Positions 27,498 to 33,641 of a DNA stretch of 33,641 nt are shown piece by piece. The translations under genes were made by a program, and so were the position numbers. The notes beneath the pieces were generated by a model. It was not told where the DNA came from, ran no database searches, and worked only from the letters and a program-made list of their open reading frames with translations. Each line of letters opens with the position of its first letter. Positions within the stretch are counted from its first letter, which is position 1. The stretch is from a virus (lineage: Duplodnaviria; Caudoviricetes): IMG/VR virus record IMGVR_UViG_3300044724_003748, positions 1 through 33,641 of that record. One strand, written 5' to 3'.

Positions 27498-27796
27498 GTT
27501 GTCACCACCGTAACTTGTCCTGACTGGCCTATCATACGAACACGCTCAAGGCTAGGTGCCTCTACTGTTGGCACATCAACATAAACCTGCAAGGCTTCTG
27601 GCTGATCAGGGCGGGGATTTCGAAGAGCCTGCGGATCTGGCCCAGGCTTTGGCGGGTAGAGCTGGGGGTGCTTTGGCTCGTACTCATCAGGGCCAACAAG
27701 AGCGCCAGTCCACTCTTTGCGCATATCACGCAAACGATACCGGAAACCCGAGCGGTCCGATATTCCAAAGGCGTTTTTGTCTGAAGCAAACGACAT
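27494..27796 (-). CDS. Conserved hypothetical phage protein
   Basis: SDRSGFRY...EW.G.LV...E.E.KHPQL...DPQAL.NPRPD. ATGA coupling. Confidence 0.7.
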   Translation of the reverse strand: MSFASDKNAFGISDRSGFRYRLRDMRKEWTGALVGPDEYEPKHPQLYPPKPGPDPQALRNPRPDQPEALQVYVDVPTVEAPSLERVRMIGQSGQVTVVTT

Positions 27797-27799
27797 GGC

Positions 27800-28465
27800 T
27801 TAGACCCTCAAGTAGCGGATACTAGGGGTCAACATCAAAGGCACCTTGTCCTCGTCCTCATTAGCCGCCCGCTGGAACTCTTCTTCATAGATAGACTTCA
27901 TCATCTGAACACGATCCGGCGCCCGCTTAATAGCTAAATAATATGCAAGGCCTGCGACCATGCAAGGGTAGAACCGGAAAGGAACGGCTGTGGTGTTCGT
28001 AAGACTGTCTACATCCTCGATGCGCTGCACATAGTAGTAGACCAACTGATCCGTGCTGTTCTCTGGAGTTTGCCAGAGAGTAATCTGAGGGGCAATTTGC
28101 CGGTCAAAATAAAACTGCGAGGGCCGGCCCTGGTCTGTCTTGTTCGGGAAATCAAGGTAATCCCCACGGCTAATCCTAGTCATCTCGTAGTCAGTGCCGC
28201 TGCGACGAAGTACCATGTCCAACAGATCAACAACGTCCTCAGCAAGAGTGTACTGTGAAGTACCTTGTGTAAGCGTTGTGGTCCCTGTAGCTACTGTCCA
28301 AAGGTTTAACCCGCGGTTTGCCCACTCGGCGAACATCAAGTTCATCGAGCGGCGAGCCGTCTTAGCGTCGTAACCCGTCCGCATCTCAAGACCGATGCGC
28401 TCATACGCCTCTTCTATCGCTTCCGCGACGTCGAGGTTGAAGTCTCTTGAACCAGATGTTGTCAT
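27800..28465 (-). CDS. Head-tail adaptor / tail tubular protein A-like (second)
   Basis: EEAYER.G...ARRS.NL...EWANRG.NLW, GRPSQ, GLAYYL motifs. Confidence 0.7.
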   Translation of the reverse strand: MTTSGSRDFNLDVAEAIEEAYERIGLEMRTGYDAKTARRSMNLMFAEWANRGLNLWTVATGTTTLTQGTSQYTLAEDVVDLLDMVLRRSGTDYEMTRISRGDYLDFPNKTDQGRPSQFYFDRQIAPQITLWQTPENSTDQLVYYYVQRIEDVDSLTNTTAVPFRFYPCMVAGLAYYLAIKRAPDRVQMMKSIYEEEFQRAANEDEDKVPLMLTPSIRYLRV

Positions 28466-28474
28466 TTTATCAAC

Positions 28475-28657
28475 TTACGTTATCGTTGGATTCTGGTTTG
28501 TCTTTACCATGACGCACCCACCGTTTGCGTAGCCTTTGACCATGCCGCCGTTTTTATAGCCGGTTTTAATCATGCCACCTTTTTTCTTCTCAATTACACC
28601 GCGACCAATCAAGACATCTTTCTTAGTCACTTTGCCGTCTCCACTTAGATCCTTCAT
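28475..28657 (-). CDS. Small basic protein with EF-hand/dockerin-like loop and three xxxGG motifs
   Basis: DLSGDGKVTKKD, KKKGGMI, YKNGGMV, YANGGCV. SD AAGGA. Confidence 0.65.
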   Translation of the reverse strand: MKDLSGDGKVTKKDVLIGRGVIEKKKGGMIKTGYKNGGMVKGYANGGCVMVKTNQNPTIT

Positions 28658-28676
28658 AGCATATTCCTTTCGGTTA

Positions 28677-28904
28677 TCAAAACACTCTTACTAGGCCGCC
28701 GTTTTTCGCCTTCCAGCTGATCCGCTTAGAAGACTTTTTCTTCTTCGCAGCAGATGTACACTGTGCCATCGTTGGACGACAAGCAGGATACCCCTTACGC
28801 TTCTCGCCCTTCTGACGACCGCAAGGCTTGCCGGTCTTACAATCGACCCAGCCCTTCCCGTCGTTCTGCGAGAACCATTTGCGTAAAGAGTTTTCCTTCG
28901 CCAT
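28677..28904 (-). CDS. Small basic Cys-containing protein
   Basis: LRKWF...WVD.KTGKPCGR...YPACRP. TAATG coupling. Confidence 0.7.
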   Translation of the reverse strand: MAKENSLRKWFSQNDGKGWVDCKTGKPCGRQKGEKRKGYPACRPTMAQCTSAAKKKKSSKRISWKAKNGGLVRVF

Positions 28905-29188
28905 TAAAACGTCCTCGTACTCTTGCGGCGGTTCTCTTCAACACAGCCACAACCAGAAGCAATCATCCCGCCACCCTTATAGCGATTGCGAGCAGGCCGC
29001 TTAGGGTTGTCAACTGCAGTAATCAAACCACCCTCCGCTTTCTTCTGTTTCTTAGAAGATTCGCCCCAGTTTGCCGCGCCTACCTTGCGACACTTCGACA
29101 GTGCTCCGCTTGCGTACGCGCTCGGCCACACTTTGTACCGAGCCTTTACCTTGTGATAACAAGCGTCCTTCTTTGTTTTTTCGGCCAT
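28904..29188 (-). CDS. Small basic protein (WPSAYASG motif)
   Basis: KDACYHKVKARYKVWPSAYASGAL.KCRK. SD GGAG upstream. Confidence 0.7.
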   Translation of the reverse strand: MAEKTKKDACYHKVKARYKVWPSAYASGALSKCRKVGAANWGESSKKQKKAEGGLITAVDNPKRPARNRYKGGGMIASGCGCVEENRRKSTRTF

Positions 29189-29243
29189 TAGACTTTTTCT
29201 CCGGCGGCTTAGTTACCTGAAACGACATGTTAGTGCGGTTCAT
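29052..29243 (-). CDS. Possible overlapping small basic ORF (MNRTNMSFQVTKPP...)
   Basis: ATG 1 nt after the stop of 29245-29511. Fills the 55-nt gap, then runs in another frame over 28904-29188. Confidence 0.4.
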   Translation of the reverse strand: MNRTNMSFQVTKPPEKKSNGRKNKEGRLLSQGKGSVQSVAERVRKRSTVEVSQGRRGKLGRIF

Positions 29244-29244
29244 A

Positions 29245-29511
29245 CTACTGACCCACGTTATCTTTAAACGACATCCACACAGCACCTGCTATGAACAACA
29301 GCAGCCCACCAGTGGCAAGCCTGACAGTTGTTTGCCACACCGCCTTGCGGGTGTCACGCCATGCGGACAAGAGACTGCGCAGCTCGTCCAAATCCTTGGG
29401 AGCCGTATCGTCATGCAAACCAAGCTCTTCAAGCGCGGCCCTCGCTCCTCGCTTCGCGGAGCGGTTCAGCATGTCTTCAAGCTCCTCGGCGGTTATTTGC
29501 ACAGTGCTCAT
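29245..29511 (-). CDS. Single-TM membrane protein (DUF6127-like; holin candidate)
   Basis: A.RGA..AL..LGL.D..A..D..ELR.LL..WR followed by a C-terminal hydrophobic helix. Start taken at ATG 29511. Confidence 0.6.
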   Translation of the reverse strand: MSTVQITAEELEDMLNRSAKRGARAALEELGLHDDTAPKDLDELRSLLSAWRDTRKAVWQTTVRLATGGLLLFIAGAVWMSFKDNVGQ

Positions 29512-29516
29512 CTTAA

Positions 29517-29762
29517 TCACCACATCTTGCAGGACCAGTATCTGGCCTTTAGTTTATCAAGGGTCCCCTTGTCACAGCCGTGACGTGCGCGGAAAGACTT
29601 CCGGCGCTCAGGGTTCGACTTCTTGATCGTCATGTTGGCATCACCAAAACGCACGATCTTTTCTTTCCCGTCCTTACAAGCCTTCACAACAAACTTCTTG
29701 CCGCCCGACTTCTGCCGGCGGGGTTTGTTGCAAGCCATCTTGTCCTTGTCGACCTTGGCCAT
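29517..29762 (-). CDS. Small basic protein with RRKSFRARH.C motif
   Basis: KIVRFGD.NM.IKK..P.RRKSFRARHGC...ARYWSC. TGATG coupling at 29762. Confidence 0.72.
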   Translation of the reverse strand: MAKVDKDKMACNKPRRQKSGGKKFVVKACKDGKEKIVRFGDANMTIKKSNPERRKSFRARHGCDKGTLDKLKARYWSCKMW

Positions 29763-30499
29763 CACAAGCTCCCCTGTTCTTTGACTAAGACGCCCTCTCC
29801 AAACACACCGATGTCCGCCGTCTGACCAGACATCTTTAGCTGAAACTCAATGGTTGACTTAGCGGAAACCTTGAACGGCATAATCCGTGCAATGTCCATG
29901 CGAGAAGTAAAGCTCGTTTGAGCAACGTCAAAAACCCGGCCATCGGAAAAAGTCACTTGGTTTCTGAACGTCATAATTTTAGTGTCGTTGTTAGCTGTCG
30001 CTGTAAAAGCGTCGATGCGACCGAGGTAGAACGAGTGCCCCGTAGGAACCGTATAGATCGCCGCTTGGTTCCTTCCCCGACCTGCGATAATCTTCGCGTA
30101 GACAGTGCCGCTGTAACTAGCAGTCACATCACCAACAGCGTTCCCGCTAACAGTGATTAGATCATTAATCCTGAAAAACTTTTGGGCAGTAACAACAGGA
30201 GTAAGCCCGTTTAATGCAACAACCTCAGACACAGGGTCAAAGTCCCCGTCAACACCAGAAACCAAGATACTCACAGATGTATCACTGGCGCTCGTACTTA
30301 CTAGAGACAGATTCTGCTCGGCACCCAGAAGCGGTAACGCGCCGTCGTTCTCCCAAGGAGTAACAAAAGTCGTGCCAATTGCAGGGTTAGTTCCAAACAA
30401 ATTTCGCACAGAGTGCCCAGGGATTTGACCCCTGGACACCTGAAGCTCAAAGGGCTCAGATGTTCCGACCTGTGTAATAGAACGGAGATCGTAAGCCAC
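29762..30499 (-). CDS. Hypothetical beta-rich virion protein
   Basis: 245-aa ORF, GTG start with SD AGGGGG, colinear in the operon. Confidence 0.65.
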   Translation of the reverse strand: MAYDLRSITQVGTSEPFELQVSRGQIPGHSVRNLFGTNPAIGTTFVTPWENDGALPLLGAEQNLSLVSTSASDTSVSILVSGVDGDFDPVSEVVALNGLTPVVTAQKFFRINDLITVSGNAVGDVTASYSGTVYAKIIAGRGRNQAAIYTVPTGHSFYLGRIDAFTATANNDTKIMTFRNQVTFSDGRVFDVAQTSFTSRMDIARIMPFKVSAKSTIEFQLKMSGQTADIGVFGEGVLVKEQGSL

Positions 30500-30507
30500 A
30501 AGACCCC

Positions 30508-30789
30508 CTACGACAAAATAATTGTCAGCTGGTTTGCCGCACCCGTAAAGGCATCGATGTACACCCCAGCGGTGGCAATAATGCCGTCGTCAGGAATGTT
30601 CATAACGTGATGCCCCGTAGGAAACGTCTGCGTCAGCAAGACTGTGCCGTTGGTGTCTCCGTTCTTGATCGTGAACGCGCCAGCTGCGGCAGCGTAAATA
30701 ACTACCTGACGAAGACGCGAACGGGACGGCCCAACAATCGCAGCCGTTGTGCCTTGAACCCAATTATATGCGGTTACTGGACCTGCCAT
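30508..30789 (-). CDS. Small beta-rich structural protein
   Basis: 93 aa, SD AAGGA, colinear. Confidence 0.65.
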   Translation of the reverse strand: MAGPVTAYNWVQGTTAAIVGPSRSRLRQVVIYAAAAGAFTIKNGDTNGTVLLTQTFPTGHHVMNIPDDGIIATAGVYIDAFTGAANQLTIILS

Positions 30790-30792
30790 AGC

Positions 30793-31002
30793 TTATTCCT
30801 TTACCTTTGGAGGACGACCGCGTTTCTTTTTGACAAGTTTCGTCGTCCACGCTTCATTTACATTAGGCGTAGACGGGTCATCTGCTTTAAGAGTGCCGTC
30901 TTCATTACGAGCACGAACCTTAGTGCCCGCGAGGGGGGTGCCGTCAGGGTTTAGTCCCCGACGTGCGAGTTCTTCTGCTGAAGGAGCTTTAAACCTACTC
31001 AT
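30793..31002 (-). CDS. Small protein with ADDPSTP.VNEAW motif and C-terminal AT-hook
   Basis: RARNEDG...ADDPSTPNVNEAW, KKKRGRPPK. SD AGGGGT. Confidence 0.65.
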   Translation of the reverse strand: MSRFKAPSAEELARRGLNPDGTPLAGTKVRARNEDGTLKADDPSTPNVNEAWTTKLVKKKRGRPPKVKE

Positions 31003-31013
31003 AAGACACCCCT

Positions 31014-31238
31014 TTATGCTGCAGCGATTGTGGCACCTGTATCAGAACGCTTCCAGTCAGTCCCGTCAGAGAATGCCAGAATAGCTGATCCAGCCGCGCC
31101 GTTAGACACATAAACAAGTGTACCAGCGCCTGCAGTAGCGGCGGACGGGGCGGAAGCAACAGTATACGTTGGAACTTTAATATCGCCGATAAAACCAGCG
31201 GTTGAGGTCACTGGACCTGAAAATGTAGTCGAAGCCAT
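31014..31238 (-). CDS. Small capsid-associated (decoration/fibre-like) protein
   Basis: MASTTFSGPV N-terminus. First gene after the major capsid gene. Confidence 0.65.
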   Translation of the reverse strand: MASTTFSGPVTSTAGFIGDIKVPTYTVASAPSAATAGAGTLVYVSNGAAGSAILAFSDGTDWKRSDTGATIAAA

Positions 31239-31245
31239 TTTAGTA

Positions 31246-31325
31246 CCCTTTGCATAAGGATTCGCTCTGTAGTCTATGCAACGTCAGGAGGGCCGGAACC
31301 TGTCTACAAAGCTGATGTTTGCCCT
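31246..31325 (-). ncRNA. Structured cis-RNA element downstream of the capsid gene (candidate Mu-gpT-DE-like motif)
   Basis: Four complementary pairings and three GAC junctions, abutting the SD of 31014-31238 (see findings). Confidence 0.6.
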
Positions 31326-31347
31326 AGTGCCAACAGAATACACCAGC

Positions 31348-31385
31348 AATAAACAAAAAGAAAGGGGCGATCCGAAGATCGCCCC
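31348..31385 (-). terminator. Rho-independent terminator after the major capsid gene
   Basis: Minus strand GGGGCGATC-TTCG-GATCGCCCC (perfect 9-bp stem, C(UUCG)G loop) followed by TTTCTTTTTGTTTATT. Confidence 0.92.
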
Positions 31386-31414
31386 AGCTACAATGCCTAA
31401 TGGGAGGACTAGGC

Positions 31415-32329
31415 TTATGCAGCGCCTGGTGAACCGAATACCGCGCGCGGATCGGAAAAACCAAAGCTGTAACGCTCACGTGCTTTAAAGCGCATGTTGC
31501 CTGTGTCGAAGTCGGCTTCCATGCCGGTTGACAAAGGTGTGCGCTCAAAGTGTACGAAGCCCCGAGGTGCGTCAGTCTTGATGAAGAACGCATCTGGATC
31601 CGTCAGGAAGTCGTTGACGGTATAACCGTCAGGCAACATACCCATTGAACGGATTGCGTTCACATCGTTGTCTGCTGTACCAACGCGAAGATTGGATACC
31701 ATCAGACGCTCTGCAATAAATTGCAGCTGACGTGGGATAATAAGCTTCAAACCGCGAAGAGCGATCTTCATGCCACGCTCATCAACAAAACCAGCGATGT
31801 TGATCAAAGCATCTTCAAGAGATGTTTCGTTCAAATCGGCAGCAGTTGATGGTTCGTTAGCAAACGAACCGCCGTTGGAGAGTGGGTGGTCAGTCGCACA
31901 AAGCGCCTTACCGTCACCACCCGCTGAAGCACCACCAGTAAAGGCGTTGTTCAGAACGGCTGCAGCTTTAACCTGCTTGGAGTGAGCCATTGAACGTGCG
32001 AGAGCGCGTGTGTAACGCGAACCCAGACGGTCATAGAGATTGTCCTCGACAGCTTCCTCTGTAAGAGAGAAGGCCAACGCAACAGTCTCATGGTTGTACC
32101 GAGCAGTGTATGCTTCACCAGCTTCGTCAAAGTTGATGCCAGAACCCTCAGATTTAGTCGGTGCTGCCCCAAAACCGGTCAGCATGACCTCCTCTTCGAA
32201 TGCTCGATCAGAAGACTCAGTGGTGTAGATTTCGGAGTGCTGGTTTTCGTACCGACCATACTCCATGCCAAAGAGGGCGTTAAGACCCGGCTCCAGCTCT
32301 TTCGCGAGTTGTGCGCGTGAAATAGCCAT
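31415..32329 (-). CDS. Major capsid protein (HK97 fold, Mu gpT-like)
   Basis: MAISRAQLAKELEPGLNALFG, K.EG..I.FD, EEA.EDNLY, ARERYSFG.SD.R. SD AGGAGG. Followed by a strong terminator. Confidence 0.9.
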   Translation of the reverse strand: MAISRAQLAKELEPGLNALFGMEYGRYENQHSEIYTTESSDRAFEEEVMLTGFGAAPTKSEGSGINFDEAGEAYTARYNHETVALAFSLTEEAVEDNLYDRLGSRYTRALARSMAHSKQVKAAAVLNNAFTGGASAGGDGKALCATDHPLSNGGSFANEPSTAADLNETSLEDALINIAGFVDERGMKIALRGLKLIIPRQLQFIAERLMVSNLRVGTADNDVNAIRSMGMLPDGYTVNDFLTDPDAFFIKTDAPRGFVHFERTPLSTGMEADFDTGNMRFKARERYSFGFSDPRAVFGSPGAA

Positions 32330-32343
32330 GTTTCAGCCCTCCT

Positions 32344-32988
32344 TTATACGCCTGTCGTCGAAACAGTACCGCCAGCAATCGCGCCGTTGGCGGAATTGAA
32401 GTGGTTGTTCAGACGAACGATTACAGGGATACCAGCTACAGTGAAGTCTGCGTTATCGGGGTCCTCTTGGATGCCCATGATGCGCAAGTTCAATGTGTTT
32501 GTGGTGGCGATAGTGTTCAGATCCAACGTGCCTGTTGACAGGCCAGTTGCAGCTGTACCAGCAGTAGCACCTGCAAAGTTAGCGTTGGCAAAGATTGCCG
32601 CGCGTACTTCTGCTTCGGTGTCAGCCCCAGCAACGACGTTAGACGTCGCGATCACAAACTGCTGCATTGGGTCGTCATAGACGAGCGCCTTCACAGGGAA
32701 GTTTGTGTCTGCACCCGAACCGGGCCAGCTGTTAGAAAAGATTGTTTCACCAGTGGTAGAGGAAACATATTCGCAGCCCGCGAACACACCCAACAGACCT
32801 ACTGTACCACCCGAAGCCGCACCGACGATGTCAATGACACCTGCAGCGAGAGGGATGACAGGAGAACCCTGATAGATTGCGTTCGTGTTGCCTGCAGCAA
32901 TACGATACTCAGTTGCACCAGTGCTGTTGGTATTCTGGCCCACTTTTCCAATGGGACGAAGACCGAATGCGCCATTTGTATTGGCCAT
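32344..32988 (-). CDS. Capsid decoration/cement-like protein
   Basis: MAN....FGLRP, I..G.PV, GVF.GC.Y, V.DDP motifs. Immediately upstream of the major capsid gene. Confidence 0.65.
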   Translation of the reverse strand: MANTNGAFGLRPIGKVGQNTNSTGATEYRIAAGNTNAIYQGSPVIPLAAGVIDIVGAASGGTVGLLGVFAGCEYVSSTTGETIFSNSWPGSGADTNFPVKALVYDDPMQQFVIATSNVVAGADTEAEVRAAIFANANFAGATAGTAATGLSTGTLDLNTIATTNTLNLRIMGIQEDPDNADFTVAGIPVIVRLNNHFNSANGAIAGGTVSTTGV

Positions 32989-33011
32989 TTGACAGCTCCT
33001 TTAGCTTTCAA

Positions 33012-33473
33012 TTAATCGGAAGACCCACGTCCTCCGAAGGATACACGACTTTGCCGATTGTTTTGAATCGGCATCGAAGGATGTGACTCCTTCATTAGGT
33101 CCTGATCGACAGCCTGCATCTGTTCGCGGGTCCGGGTCCCGTAATACGCGGATCTTTCTTGGGCAGTTTCGATAGGGATGCGGCACAGCATCAGACCACC
33201 TTGGCCAATCACACCTGCGTGACTACCAGAGTCAATCACAGGAACGTGATAGTTTGGATATTCATCAGCGCGGACAGGTTCCCATCCTTCGCGGAGCTTG
33301 GCGTTGACATTCATTTTGTCCTCCTCGCCTCGCATAGCTGTTCGTATCCAACGATGCACATAGCCCTCAGGGGCAGCAGGTGCTTCAAGGTGACTGGGCG
33401 GCGCCCATGGTTTTCTGCGCGACTCTTGTTCGCGGGTCTCAGTTGCTCGTGGAGCTCGTTTGTTATCAGCCAT
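33012..33473 (-). CDS. Conserved head-morphogenesis-region protein
   Basis: W.PPS.L.AP..PEGY.HRWIR...LREGWE.VR...GGL.L.RIP.E. Confidence 0.7.
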   Translation of the reverse strand: MADNKRAPRATETREQESRRKPWAPPSHLEAPAAPEGYVHRWIRTAMRGEEDKMNVNAKLREGWEPVRADEYPNYHVPVIDSGSHAGVIGQGGLMLCRIPIETAQERSAYYGTRTREQMQAVDQDLMKESHPSMPIQNNRQSRVSFGGRGSSD

Positions 33474-33477
33474 CAGA

Positions 33478-33641
33478 TCAATCCTTCACGTACTTGGCAT
33501 ATTCTTCCAAAGGGACGTTCAGCCGTTTCGCAATTGCGATCTGCGACGGTGAAAGCTTCACGGTCCTACGCCCTGATTTAGTGCTGCGGGATGCAGAAGA
33601 GCCAGCAGGTGCGACCTGGTTCCTCCCCGGTTTCTTGTCCG
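33478..33641 (-). CDS. C-terminus of putative scaffolding protein (5' truncated; not in ORF track)
   Basis: Reads DKKPGRNQVAPAGSSASRSTKSGRRTVKLSPSQIAIAKRLNVPLEEYAKYVKD*, a helix-turn-helix-like basic tail typical of scaffold coat-binding ends. Confidence 0.65.
   Translation of the reverse strand, partial: DKKPGRNQVAPAGSSASRSTKSGRRTVKLSPSQIAIAKRLNVPLEEYAKYVKD

Noticed and set aside
31246-31325. Assignment of the RNA element as a SAM-II/SAM-V riboswitch or hammerhead ribozyme
   Set aside because: It lacks the hammerhead CUGAnGA/GAAA core, the SAM-II/V consensus is not convincingly matched, and the downstream gene is structural.
31335-31356. Sigma70 promoter (TTGTTT...TATTCT) on the minus strand after the terminator
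   Set aside because: The spacer is only 10 nt. A -10-like hexamer alone is insufficient evidence.
31324-31593. Alternative-frame ORF as a frameshifted capsid extension
   Set aside because: It runs through the terminator, no slippery site was seen, and the product does not look protein-like.

Overview
This window is a fragment of a tailed dsDNA bacteriophage genome with podovirus-like organisation, resembling marine alphaproteobacterial phages (inference from gene content). It has two convergent arms. The + arm (1-6377) is a replication module: truncated SSB-like protein, AEP primase, AlpA/Xis-like HTH, UvrD-type SF1 helicase, DUF6378-like protein, and a family A DNA polymerase of the Leu762 type. 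The - arm (33641 to 6371) is morphogenesis: scaffold C-terminus, capsid-associated proteins, Mu gpT-like major capsid protein, a cluster of small basic proteins, adaptor/tail-tube proteins, fibre proteins, three paralogous repeat (beta-propeller-like) proteins, a nozzle and ejection proteins. Most notable: (1) a multiply pseudoknotted RNA element with three GAC junctions, lying between the capsid terminator and the next ribosome-binding site; (2) a [Y/F/K/A]xxGGx[V/I] motif found 10 times in 6 otherwise unrelated putative internal head proteins, a candidate cargo-targeting or cleavage tag; (3) four AT-rich propeller-like cassettes inserted into a conserved scaffold between near-identical DNA anchors, a candidate modular receptor-swapping system. 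Family names come from motif recognition only; no database searches were run.
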